The notes beneath the pieces were generated by a model. The model did not search any database, was not told the DNA's origin, and saw nothing but the letters and a program-made list of their open reading frames with translations. Below are positions 1 to 7,783 of a DNA stretch of 32,000 bases, one piece after another. The first letter of the stretch is position 1; each line of letters begins with the position of its first letter. Source of the DNA: Cylindrospermopsis raciborskii Cr2010 (GTDB lineage: Bacteria; Cyanobacteriota; Cyanobacteriia; Cyanobacteriales; Nostocaceae); the NCBI RefSeq assembly GCF_003367075.2, contig NZ_CP065936.1, positions 1,320,001-1,352,000 on the forward strand, read 5' to 3'. The translations under genes were made by a program, and so were the position numbers.

Positions 1-1
1 A

Positions 2-805
2 CAGATTAAACCACCCACGGAGGAAGAACAGTTACAAGTTTATCAGGATATTGCCCAAACTTTAGGGGAACTTCCATTGATTATCCGCACTTTGGATGTG
101 GGAGGAGATAAACAAATACCCTATCTGGGCTCTACTCTCCAGGAAACTAATCCCTTTTTGGGTGTGCGCGGCATTAGATTTTGTTTGGAACATCCCTATT
201 TACTCAAAACTCAATTAAGAGCTATTTTACGAGCCAGCGCTAAACACCACATTAAAGTTATGTGGCCTATGATTAGTACTTTAACTGAGTTACGTGCCGC
301 TAAATCAATTTTAAACCAATCCATGGCAGAGCTTAAAAAAGATGGTATGGAGTTTGATGCCAAACTGCCCGTAGGAGTTATGATTGAAACCCCAGCCGCT
401 GTAGCTATTGCCGATCACCTGGCCAAAGAAGTAGACTTTTTTAGTATTGGTACAAATGATCTGAGTCAATATGTTATGGCATGCGATCGCACTAATCCTA
501 AAGTAGCAAATTTAACTGATGCCTTACAGCCAGCCGTGCTGCGGATGATTCAACAAACGGTAGAAGCCGGGCACGCAGCTAATATTTGGGTCGGACTATG
601 CGGTGAAATTGCCGCTGAAACCGCAGTTGCACCTATTCTTATAGGTTTGGGAATAGACGAACTGAGTACTAATCCCCAGGCGATCGCACCCTTAAAGCAG
701 GTCATTTCCCAACTGACTACCACTGAATCCCAGGTTTTAGCCAGGGTGGCATTGAACCAGGATTCAGCTTCCAGAGTCAGGGAGTTGGTTTATCCCATAG
801 GTTAA
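2..805 (+). CDS. Phosphoenolpyruvate-protein phosphotransferase (PTS enzyme I family), C-terminal part; 5' end truncated by the window
   Basis: The frame is open from base 2 (QIKPPTEEEQLQVYQDIAQTLGELPLIIRTLDVGGDKQIPYLG...). Enzyme I/PEP-utilizing signatures: RTLDVGGDK, NPFLGVRGIR, PVGVMIETPAA, FFSIGTNDLSQY, LCGE. The supplied ORF start at 77 (TTG) is internal. Confidence 0.9.
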   Translation, partial: QIKPPTEEEQLQVYQDIAQTLGELPLIIRTLDVGGDKQIPYLGSTLQETNPFLGVRGIRFCLEHPYLLKTQLRAILRASAKHHIKVMWPMISTLTELRAAKSILNQSMAELKKDGMEFDAKLPVGVMIETPAAVAIADHLAKEVDFFSIGTNDLSQYVMACDRTNPKVANLTDALQPAVLRMIQQTVEAGHAANIWVGLCGEIAAETAVAPILIGLGIDELSTNPQAIAPLKQVISQLTTTESQVLARVALNQDSASRVRELVYPIG

Positions 806-823
806 GGGAAAAGAAATTGGAAG

Positions 824-1459
824 TTAACGGAGAAAGCTACTAACAAACCACATTAAAATAAATGTTAGCACAGCCGAGAACTGGTTAGGAGAAATTGACT
901 TTCCTAAAATTGACAGGCTATCCAATGGTATTCCCCCAGCTATCAGACCTCCCATCATTAAACCCAGTACCAGAGTTACCAATGTCAACAAAACCGCCCT
1001 CAGAAATTTGTTTTCCTTGCGATTAATGAAATAAATACTTAGAACTAACCCCACAAGTAATGTTAACTGTAATACTTGTGCTGTATTATAGTCGACGAAC
1101 ATACTGATAGAAATTAACCCTAAATAAGAACCTGCTGGCCATAGTATGTCGGAGACACTGGGCTGATCCCAAAATCTTTGTAGCCAAGACGGGGAGTAAG
1201 CGCTGGGGTTAACAACTTGTTTTTGGGGGGATGGCATTCGCATTTCAGGAAAGCGAATTCCTTCAGGAACCTTAATTTTGCCCTCCTGACGCATTCGCAG
1301 ACGCTCCATTAGAATTGCATCATAAGCTGCTTCAACAATTTCCCGAATCCTATTATCACTACCATACTGTTCTAACAGGCGATTTCGAGCATTTTGAATC
1401 TCATCGAAACTAGCATCTTTTGACACCCCAAGATTTTCGTAGGGACTTTGATCGCTCAT
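824..1459 (-). CDS. CPP1-like / J-domain-like membrane protein of cyanobacteria and plastids
   Basis: 211 aa. N-terminal degenerate J-like region (SPYENLGVSKDASFDEIQNARNRLLEQY) followed by several hydrophobic segments. Confidence 0.7.
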   Translation of the reverse strand: MSDQSPYENLGVSKDASFDEIQNARNRLLEQYGSDNRIREIVEAAYDAILMERLRMRQEGKIKVPEGIRFPEMRMPSPQKQVVNPSAYSPSWLQRFWDQPSVSDILWPAGSYLGLISISMFVDYNTAQVLQLTLLVGLVLSIYFINRKENKFLRAVLLTLVTLVLGLMMGGLIAGGIPLDSLSILGKSISPNQFSAVLTFILMWFVSSFLR

Positions 1460-1636
1460 AGCTGTTTTTGGCTTAGATCTTATTGATACTTTTTCCGTTT
1501 AAAGAGGATAGCACTCTTGATAGAGGGGAACAAAACTGCCAAACACCTCGTCAAGTGTTTTGAATAGACTGAACGTAGCTGTTTGGAATGGCCAACTAGA
1601 ATTTAGTTATCACTATTAATAAGAAATGAGGTTTAA

Positions 1637-1744
1637 GTGGGTGGAATTAAATATAAGATGAACGTAGGTTGGGTTGAAGTATGAAACCCAACGCCACGGG
1701 TCTCGTTCCTCGACCCATCCTACAAATAATTCTGTCTCCCTACT
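1637..1744. repeat. Intergenic hairpin repeat, copy 1 of 2 in the window
   Basis: Bases 1637-1692 (GTGGGTGGAATTAAATATAAGATGAACGTAGGTTGGGTTGAAGTATGAAACCCAAC) are identical to 31533-31588. The 3' part TACAAATAATTCTGTCTCCCTACT matches the second copy at 22 of 24 positions. It has an internal GTTGGGTT/AACCCAAC stem. Confidence 0.85.
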
Positions 1745-1778
1745 CAGGTTTAGTTCTAGTCATGTAATATAGTACCAT

Positions 1779-1816
1779 ATTATGCCATATAATTAAGATT
1801 ATGCCATATAATTAAG
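1779..1816. repeat. Perfect 19-bp tandem duplication (ATTATGCCATATAATTAAG x2)
   Basis: Bases 1779-1797 and 1798-1816 are identical by direct reading. Confidence 0.95.
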
Positions 1817-1849
1817 TAACTGAAGATAAGTTTCGTGAGGGGTGATGTT

Positions 1850-3430
1850 ATGCGTGTCCTACTGGTTTATCCCATATTTCCCAAAACCTTCTGGTCCTAT
1901 GAAAAAATCCTCGACCTGGTAGATAGAAAAGTCCTACTACCACCTTTAGGCCTCATTACAGTAGCTGCTATTTTACCCCAGGAATGGGAGTTTAAACTAG
2001 TAGACCGTAACATTCGTCCCGCTACAGAAGAGGAATGGGCATGGGCTGATGTGGTTATTTTCTCAGCTATGATTGTCCAAAAACAAGACCTGTTAGATCA
2101 AGTACGCGAAGCAAAACGTCGTGGTAAATTAGTAGCTTTAGGTGGGCCCTACCCCACATCCACACCCCAAGAGGTACAAGAAGCGGGAGCGGATTTTCTG
2201 ATTTTGGATGAGGGGGAAATTACCCTACCCATGTTTGTCACCGCCATAGAAAGCGGTCAGAAATCGGGCATTTTTCGGGCTACGGAAAAACCAGATGTCA
2301 CAAGCACACCAATTCCTCGATTTGATTTGCTAGACTTTAGTGCCTATGACATGATGTCAGTGCAGTTTTCTCGAGGTTGCCCTTTTCAATGCGAGTTTTG
2401 TGACATTATTGTCCTCTATGGCAGAAAACCCAGAACTAAAACTCCAGAACAACTTTTAGCTGAGTTGGATTGTCTTTATCGGTTAGGTTGGCGGCGTGGT
2501 ATATTCATGGTTGACGATAACTTTATTGGCAATAAACGTAATGTTAAATTATTGCTTAAAGAGTTAAAGGTTTGGATGGCAGAACATGAGTATCCTTTCC
2601 GGTTTGACACGGAAGCATCTATAGATTTAGCCCAAGATCCCGAATTAATGGAATTGATGGTTGAGTCTGGTTTTGCCGCAGTATTTTTGGGCATTGAAAC
2701 CCCCGATGAAGATAGTTTACAACTAACCAAAAAATTTCAAAATACCCGCAGTTCCCTAGCAGAATCGGTACAAACTATTATTAAGACGGGACTGCGACCC
2801 ATGGCAGGCTTTATTATTGGTTTTGATGGGGAACAAAAAGGTGCAGGCGATCGCATTGTCAGATTTGCAGAGCAAGCTGCCATTCCCTCCACCACCTTTG
2901 CCATGTTACAAGCATTGCCAAACACTGCATTATGGCATCGGTTACAAAAGGAAGGAAGACTAAGGGAAAATCAGGATGGGAATATTAATCAGACAACTTT
3001 AATGAACTTTATCCCCACCCGTCCTTTGGAGGACATTGCCAAGGAATATGTTGATGCTTTTTGCGCCTTATATGATCCCATTAAGTATTTAGATCGTACC
3101 TATAGGTGTTTTCTACTCATGGGTTCACCCAAGTGGAAAGCTCCCTTCAAAATGCCTGATTGGGTAATCGTAAAAGCCCTGTTAATAGTTATTTGGAGAC
3201 AGGGAATTAAAAGAGAAACCCGGTGGAAATTTTGGCATCATCTATTTAGCATTATCAAACATAATCCCCAGGTGGCAGAACATTATTTGGCAACTTGCGC
3301 CCACAACGAACATTTCTTGGAATACCGCCAAATTGTTCGAGATCAAATTGAAAGTCAACTAGCTGTTTATTTAGCTCAAGGAGCAGAAAAACCTTATGTG
3401 GTCCCACAAAAGGAAAAAGTAGGGGTTTAG
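1850..3430 (+). CDS. B12-binding-domain radical SAM protein
   Basis: N-terminal cobalamin-binding-like region followed by the radical SAM cluster motif CPFQCEFCD. The ORF track starts at GTG 1835; the in-frame ATG at 1850 (MRVLLVYPIFP) is the more likely start. Confidence 0.88.
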   Translation: MRVLLVYPIFPKTFWSYEKILDLVDRKVLLPPLGLITVAAILPQEWEFKLVDRNIRPATEEEWAWADVVIFSAMIVQKQDLLDQVREAKRRGKLVALGGPYPTSTPQEVQEAGADFLILDEGEITLPMFVTAIESGQKSGIFRATEKPDVTSTPIPRFDLLDFSAYDMMSVQFSRGCPFQCEFCDIIVLYGRKPRTKTPEQLLAELDCLYRLGWRRGIFMVDDNFIGNKRNVKLLLKELKVWMAEHEYPFRFDTEASIDLAQDPELMELMVESGFAAVFLGIETPDEDSLQLTKKFQNTRSSLAESVQTIIKTGLRPMAGFIIGFDGEQKGAGDRIVRFAEQAAIPSTTFAMLQALPNTALWHRLQKEGRLRENQDGNINQTTLMNFIPTRPLEDIAKEYVDAFCALYDPIKYLDRTYRCFLLMGSPKWKAPFKMPDWVIVKALLIVIWRQGIKRETRWKFWHHLFSIIKHNPQVAEHYLATCAHNEHFLEYRQIVRDQIESQLAVYLAQGAEKPYVVPQKEKVGV

Positions 3431-3451
3431 GGACGGACCATCCCCCCAATT

Positions 3452-4720
3452 TTAAAACTCTTTTACCATCAAAGTCCAAACCTCCTCCCCCGGATGGACA
3501 ATGGTTTTACCCACGGGTAAGATTGCCAAAGCGTTAGTTTGAGCTAAGTTGACCAAGTTTGCTGAGCTGTGTTTACCCTCAGCTTGGCAAAACTCACATT
3601 CACCATTTCTCAGCTTCAACTCGCCCTGAATATAAGTTTCCATTTTGCCATTGGATTGTAATTCTGACGAGGATTTTACCTTGAGTAATTTCCCCTCCCA
3701 CCCCCTAGCCATTCCCGACATTTTTCTGACCGCTGGCTGCACAAACCGCCAACAAGTCACTAAAGCGGATCCAGGATTCCCTGGTAAACCAAAATATAAT
3801 TTCTGTAATTTGTCGATTCCCGCATAGTTTAGTCCTTCATTTGGGAAAGTAGCAAAGGTTAGTGGTTTTCCAGGACGCATTTTAACTCTGTTAAAATGAA
3901 TTGTTGCCCCCAAAGAAGCTAACGTTCTGTATATATAATCATAGTCACCTACAGATACCCCCCCAGTGGAAATTACAATATCTGCACTGGTAATTGCGTA
4001 ATCTATGGTTTGTTCTAGGGCGATGGGATCATCTGGTACGATCCCTAATAATAACACTTCAGCCCCCAACTGGCGCATCAAGGTAGCCAGAGCATACTGG
4101 TTAGAATCAAATATCTGTCCAGGTTTTGGTAACTCCTCCAATGTTACCAACTCATTGCCTGTGGAAAAAATAGCTACTCGTATATTGCGAAAAACACTGA
4201 CTTTTTCCCTACCAGCAGCAGCTAAAAGGGCAATTTCCGTAGCACTCAAGACGATTCCGGAAGGTAAAAGATCATTTCCTGCTTGGTAAAATTCCCCTTG
4301 ATGGATGACAAACTCATGGGATTGGGGTGCAATGAACACTAAAACCCGGTTTTCCTGACGGTGGGTTTTTTCTTGCATGATTACCGTGTCAGCACCCTTT
4401 GGTATCATAGCACCGGTAAAAATTCTTACAGCTTGTCCCGATTCAAGGGTTACAGAAGGTTCATCACCAGTTCTAATTTCCGCTACAACTTGCAAAATAA
4501 CTGGTTTATCTGCCCTGGCATGCTGTACATCATGATAACGCACTGCATAACCATCCATTAGGGCATGGTCCCAATGGGGGAAACCCCGAGAACTAACCAC
4601 GGGACTGGCTAAAATTCGTCCATTTGCGGTCAATAAGTCTATGTACTCTATATCTCTTTGGTTGTCTAGTGGTTTTACTGCATTTAAAATAGTAGATTCC
4701 GCATCTCTAACTGATAGCAT
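3452..4720 (-). CDS. moeA: Molybdopterin molybdenumtransferase, MoeA family
   Basis: 422 aa with MoeA signatures: HWDHALMDGYAVR, GAMIPKGADTVIMQE, GQIFDSN, STGGVSVGDYDY, GLPGNPGSALV. Confidence 0.92.
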   Translation of the reverse strand: MLSVRDAESTILNAVKPLDNQRDIEYIDLLTANGRILASPVVSSRGFPHWDHALMDGYAVRYHDVQHARADKPVILQVVAEIRTGDEPSVTLESGQAVRIFTGAMIPKGADTVIMQEKTHRQENRVLVFIAPQSHEFVIHQGEFYQAGNDLLPSGIVLSATEIALLAAAGREKVSVFRNIRVAIFSTGNELVTLEELPKPGQIFDSNQYALATLMRQLGAEVLLLGIVPDDPIALEQTIDYAITSADIVISTGGVSVGDYDYIYRTLASLGATIHFNRVKMRPGKPLTFATFPNEGLNYAGIDKLQKLYFGLPGNPGSALVTCWRFVQPAVRKMSGMARGWEGKLLKVKSSSELQSNGKMETYIQGELKLRNGECEFCQAEGKHSSANLVNLAQTNALAILPVGKTIVHPGEEVWTLMVKEF

Positions 4721-4783
4721 TGTTGGTTATTATAGATTCACTTTATAATACCAGATAGTACCACAACTTTCTCCTTTAGGATT

Positions 4784-4891
4784 ATGGTGAAAATAGTTTC
4801 TCGCCGATATTTAGGAAAAGCGGATGTTTATGACATTGGAGTTGCCAAAGACCACAATTTTATCATCAAAAATGGCTTGGTTGCTTCCAAC
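4784..4891 (+). other. C-terminal half of the DnaE split intein (Int-C, 36 aa)
   Basis: MVKIVSRRYLGKADVYDIGVAKDHNFIIKNGLVASN directly followed by Cys+1 (TGT at 4892-4894). Contains the DHNF block and a terminal Asn; a Ser precedes that Asn. Confidence 0.96.
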
Positions 4892-6130
4892 TGTTTCAAT
4901 AAATCTCACTCTACCGCCTATGGTTATGTCACTTACCAAACAGCATACTTAAAAGCTAATTATCCCTTGGAATATATGGCAGCACTGTTAACAGCTAACA
5001 GTGGGGATACGGACAAAGTTCAGAAATATCTCAACAATTGTAATAACATGGGGATTGAAATTGATCCACCAGATATTAATCGTTCTGGGTTAGATTTTAC
5101 ACCAGCAGATCAGAAGATATTATTTGGATTTTCCGCAGTGCGTAATGTGGGACAAAATGCGATCGCTGGTATCTTAGATGCTCGTCAACAAGGAGGAGAA
5201 TTTACATCTCTAGGTGACTTTTGCGATCGCATTGATTTACGGGTTGTCAATCGTCGCACCCTAGAGTCATTAATTCAATGTGGAGCATTTGATAAAATAG
5301 AGTCGAACCGCCATCAATTAGTTAAAGATTTAGAATTAGTATATGAATGGGCCCAATCCCGTGCTAAAGATAGAGCTATTGGTCAAGGAAACCTATTTGA
5401 CTTCATGGGTACTGGCATTAGTAACGTGTCCACAAGTAGTAAAAATGGATTTAAGTCCATACCTAAAGCCGACCCAGTGTCAGACTATCCCCCCCAGGAA
5501 AAACTGCGAATGGAAAAAGAATTATTAGGTTTTTATGTATCAGCCCATCCTTTAAAAAATATTAAACAATCTTCATCTTTATTAGCGCCCATTAATCTTG
5601 TCGATTTAGGAGAGCAAAAGGATAAAAACCTAGTTTGTGTAGTGGTGATGCTGAACCACGTCAAAAAAGTGATGACCAAAAAAGGGGAGCAAATGGCAAT
5701 TTTGCAAATTGAGGATTTAACCACAACCTCAGAAGCAGTTGTGTTTCCCAAAACCTATGAGCGGATTAATGGAATACTAGAAATTGATGCCAGATTAATT
5801 GTGTGGGGGAAGGTAGATAAACGGGATGAACAGACCCAATTGCTGGTGGAAGATGCAGAGCAGGTAGAGAAAATTCAGATGGTAGTAGTGGAATTAAATC
5901 CCCACGAAGCCAGTAGTATTGATACTCAACATCATTTACGCTCTATTTTAAAAGAACAATCGGGGGATAAAGATAAAGCCAAAGTTCCTGTGATTGGAAT
6001 TGTTCAAGCGGGAAGTTACCGTCAAGTGGTTAGGTTTGGTAAGCAGTATTGGGTACAAGATGCAAGTCTTACCGTCCACTCCCTCAGAAATGCTCAGTTT
6101 AGTGCTCATGGTAAACAGTTAAGTGATTAG
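4784..6130 (+). CDS. dnaE: DNA polymerase III alpha subunit, C-terminal half, with N-terminal split-intein half
   Basis: 448 aa beginning with an intein-C segment, then CFNKSHSTAYGYVTYQTAYLKANYPLEYMAALL (DnaE extein). Further DnaE sequence follows: KILFGFSAVRNVG, NRRTLESLIQCGAFD, EKLRMEKELLGFYVSAHPL. Confidence 0.96.
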   Translation: MVKIVSRRYLGKADVYDIGVAKDHNFIIKNGLVASNCFNKSHSTAYGYVTYQTAYLKANYPLEYMAALLTANSGDTDKVQKYLNNCNNMGIEIDPPDINRSGLDFTPADQKILFGFSAVRNVGQNAIAGILDARQQGGEFTSLGDFCDRIDLRVVNRRTLESLIQCGAFDKIESNRHQLVKDLELVYEWAQSRAKDRAIGQGNLFDFMGTGISNVSTSSKNGFKSIPKADPVSDYPPQEKLRMEKELLGFYVSAHPLKNIKQSSSLLAPINLVDLGEQKDKNLVCVVVMLNHVKKVMTKKGEQMAILQIEDLTTTSEAVVFPKTYERINGILEIDARLIVWGKVDKRDEQTQLLVEDAEQVEKIQMVVVELNPHEASSIDTQHHLRSILKEQSGDKDKAKVPVIGIVQAGSYRQVVRFGKQYWVQDASLTVHSLRNAQFSAHGKQLSD

Positions 6131-6159
6131 GGGAGAAATATTACGGTAATTCGAGGTTA
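6130..6159 (+). repeat. 30-bp direct repeat, copy A, overlapping the last base of the dnaE stop
   Basis: GGGGAGAAATATTACGGTAATTCGAGGTTA is identical to 7721-7750. Confidence 0.95.
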
Positions 6160-6191
6160 AGAGAAATTTTCTATATCACCAAACTAAAACA

Positions 6192-7751
6192 ATGAACAAA
6201 GTGACTAAATGGTTTAACACAGCAGGTCCGTGTAAATCAGATATACACTATATGCTCCCCACAATGGAAAGACTACCACAGTTAAAGCGGTTAATTGACC
6301 AACAAAACTATTTTGTCATCCACGCACCGAGACAAACAGGAAAAACCACAGCCATGTTAAACCTGGCCCAGGAGTTAACTGCTAGTGGGGAATATACGGC
6401 AGTGATGGTATCGGTAGAGATAGGTAGTGCTTTTAATCATCAACCGGATGTTGCTGAACAGGCAATTTTAGGTGCTTGGCAACAAGCAGCAAGATTCTGG
6501 TTACCGCAAGACCTGGAACCACCCACATGGCCAGCAGCATCACCCGGACAGCGAATAAATGCTGCTTTAACCACTTGGGCAGAAATATCACCTCGTCCAC
6601 TGGTAGTATTCATTGATGAAATTGACTCTCTCCAGGGCGAAACATTGATTAGTATGTTACGTCAATTGAGGGATGGTTTTCCCCGTCGTCCCAAAGGATT
6701 TCCCCAGTGTGTAGCCCTAATTGGTATGAGGGATGTGCGGGATTATAAAGTTGCATCTGGAGGTAGTGATAAATTAAATACTGCCAGTCCTTTTAATATT
6801 AAAGTAGAATCCCTGACCCTAAATAACTTCAGTTTAAAAGATGTAACTAACCTCTATCAACAACACACCCAAGCTACGGGACAGATATTCACACCAGAAG
6901 CTGTTCACCGTGCTTATTATTTGACTCAAGGTCAACCCTGGTTAGTTAATGCTCTAGCTCGTCAAACTACAGAATATTTAACCACAGATCCCCAGATTCC
7001 TATTACTATAGACCTGATTGATCAAGCCAAGGAAATCCTAATTCAAAGACAAGATACCCACCTAGATAGTCTAGCAGAAAGATTGAGAGAAAACCGGGTT
7101 CAAGCAATCATAGAACCTATTTTAGCGGGGGAAGAATTGCCCAATACTCCCGAAGACGACCGGCGTTATTTAATCGATTTAGGATTAGTTATACGTAGTC
7201 AAGAAGGGGGATTAAAAATTGCCAATCCTATTTATCAAGAGGTAATTCCTCGTATGTTATCCCGGGGAACTCAAGACAGTTTACCCATGATCCAACCCAC
7301 CTGGTTAACAACTACAGGTCTATTGAATATTCCAGCTCTGCTAGAGGCATTTTTAGACTTTTGGCGCCAGCATGGAGAACCACTACAAAAAAGCGCCGCC
7401 TATCCAGAAATAGCACCCCATTTAGTATTAATGGCATTTTTACATCGAGTGGTAAATGGAGGGGGAACTTTAGACAGAGAATATGCTATTGGTTCGGGAA
7501 GAATGGATATATGTTTACGTTATGGGAAAGAAGTATTAGCAATGGAATTAAAGGTGTGGAGAAAAGGTAGCTCAGACCCATTAAAAAAGGGACTGCAACA
7601 GTTGGATAAATACTTATCAGGATTAAATTTGCCCACGGGATGGTTGGTGATTTTTGACCGTCGTCCTAATTTACTACCTATAAGCGAAAGAACAACCACG
7701 GAAATGGCAATTAGTCCCCAGGGGAGAAATATTACGGTAATTCGAGGTTAG
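6192..7751 (+). CDS. AAA-like ATPase with C-terminal PD-(D/E)XK nuclease-like domain
   Basis: 519 aa. P-loop APRQTGKTT, Walker B-like PLVVFIDEIDSL, C-terminal MDICLRYGKEVLAMELKVWRKG (D...ExK arrangement). Confidence 0.82.
   Translation: MNKVTKWFNTAGPCKSDIHYMLPTMERLPQLKRLIDQQNYFVIHAPRQTGKTTAMLNLAQELTASGEYTAVMVSVEIGSAFNHQPDVAEQAILGAWQQAARFWLPQDLEPPTWPAASPGQRINAALTTWAEISPRPLVVFIDEIDSLQGETLISMLRQLRDGFPRRPKGFPQCVALIGMRDVRDYKVASGGSDKLNTASPFNIKVESLTLNNFSLKDVTNLYQQHTQATGQIFTPEAVHRAYYLTQGQPWLVNALARQTTEYLTTDPQIPITIDLIDQAKEILIQRQDTHLDSLAERLRENRVQAIIEPILAGEELPNTPEDDRRYLIDLGLVIRSQEGGLKIANPIYQEVIPRMLSRGTQDSLPMIQPTWLTTTGLLNIPALLEAFLDFWRQHGEPLQKSAAYPEIAPHLVLMAFLHRVVNGGGTLDREYAIGSGRMDICLRYGKEVLAMELKVWRKGSSDPLKKGLQQLDKYLSGLNLPTGWLVIFDRRPNLLPISERTTTEMAISPQGRNITVIRG
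7721..7750 (+). repeat. 30-bp direct repeat, copy B, forming the 3' end of the ATPase gene
   Basis: Identical to 6130-6159. Encodes GRNITVIRG at the C-terminus of the ATPase. Confidence 0.95.
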
Positions 7752-7783
7752 GAAGTGTGACACGGTTAATTATTAATTAAAAC

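Noticed and set aside
2476-4561. Small ORFs inside or antisense to the radical SAM and moeA genes (2476-2730, 2737-2925, 3255-3479, 3645-3827, 4005-4289, 4361-4561)
   Set aside because: They lie opposite strongly supported coding sequence, have low-complexity translations and match no family I recognise; most likely shadow ORFs.
5343-5751. ORFs at 5343-5528 (+) and 5533-5751 (-)
   Set aside because: Out-of-frame and antisense overlaps with the well-supported dnaE C-half.
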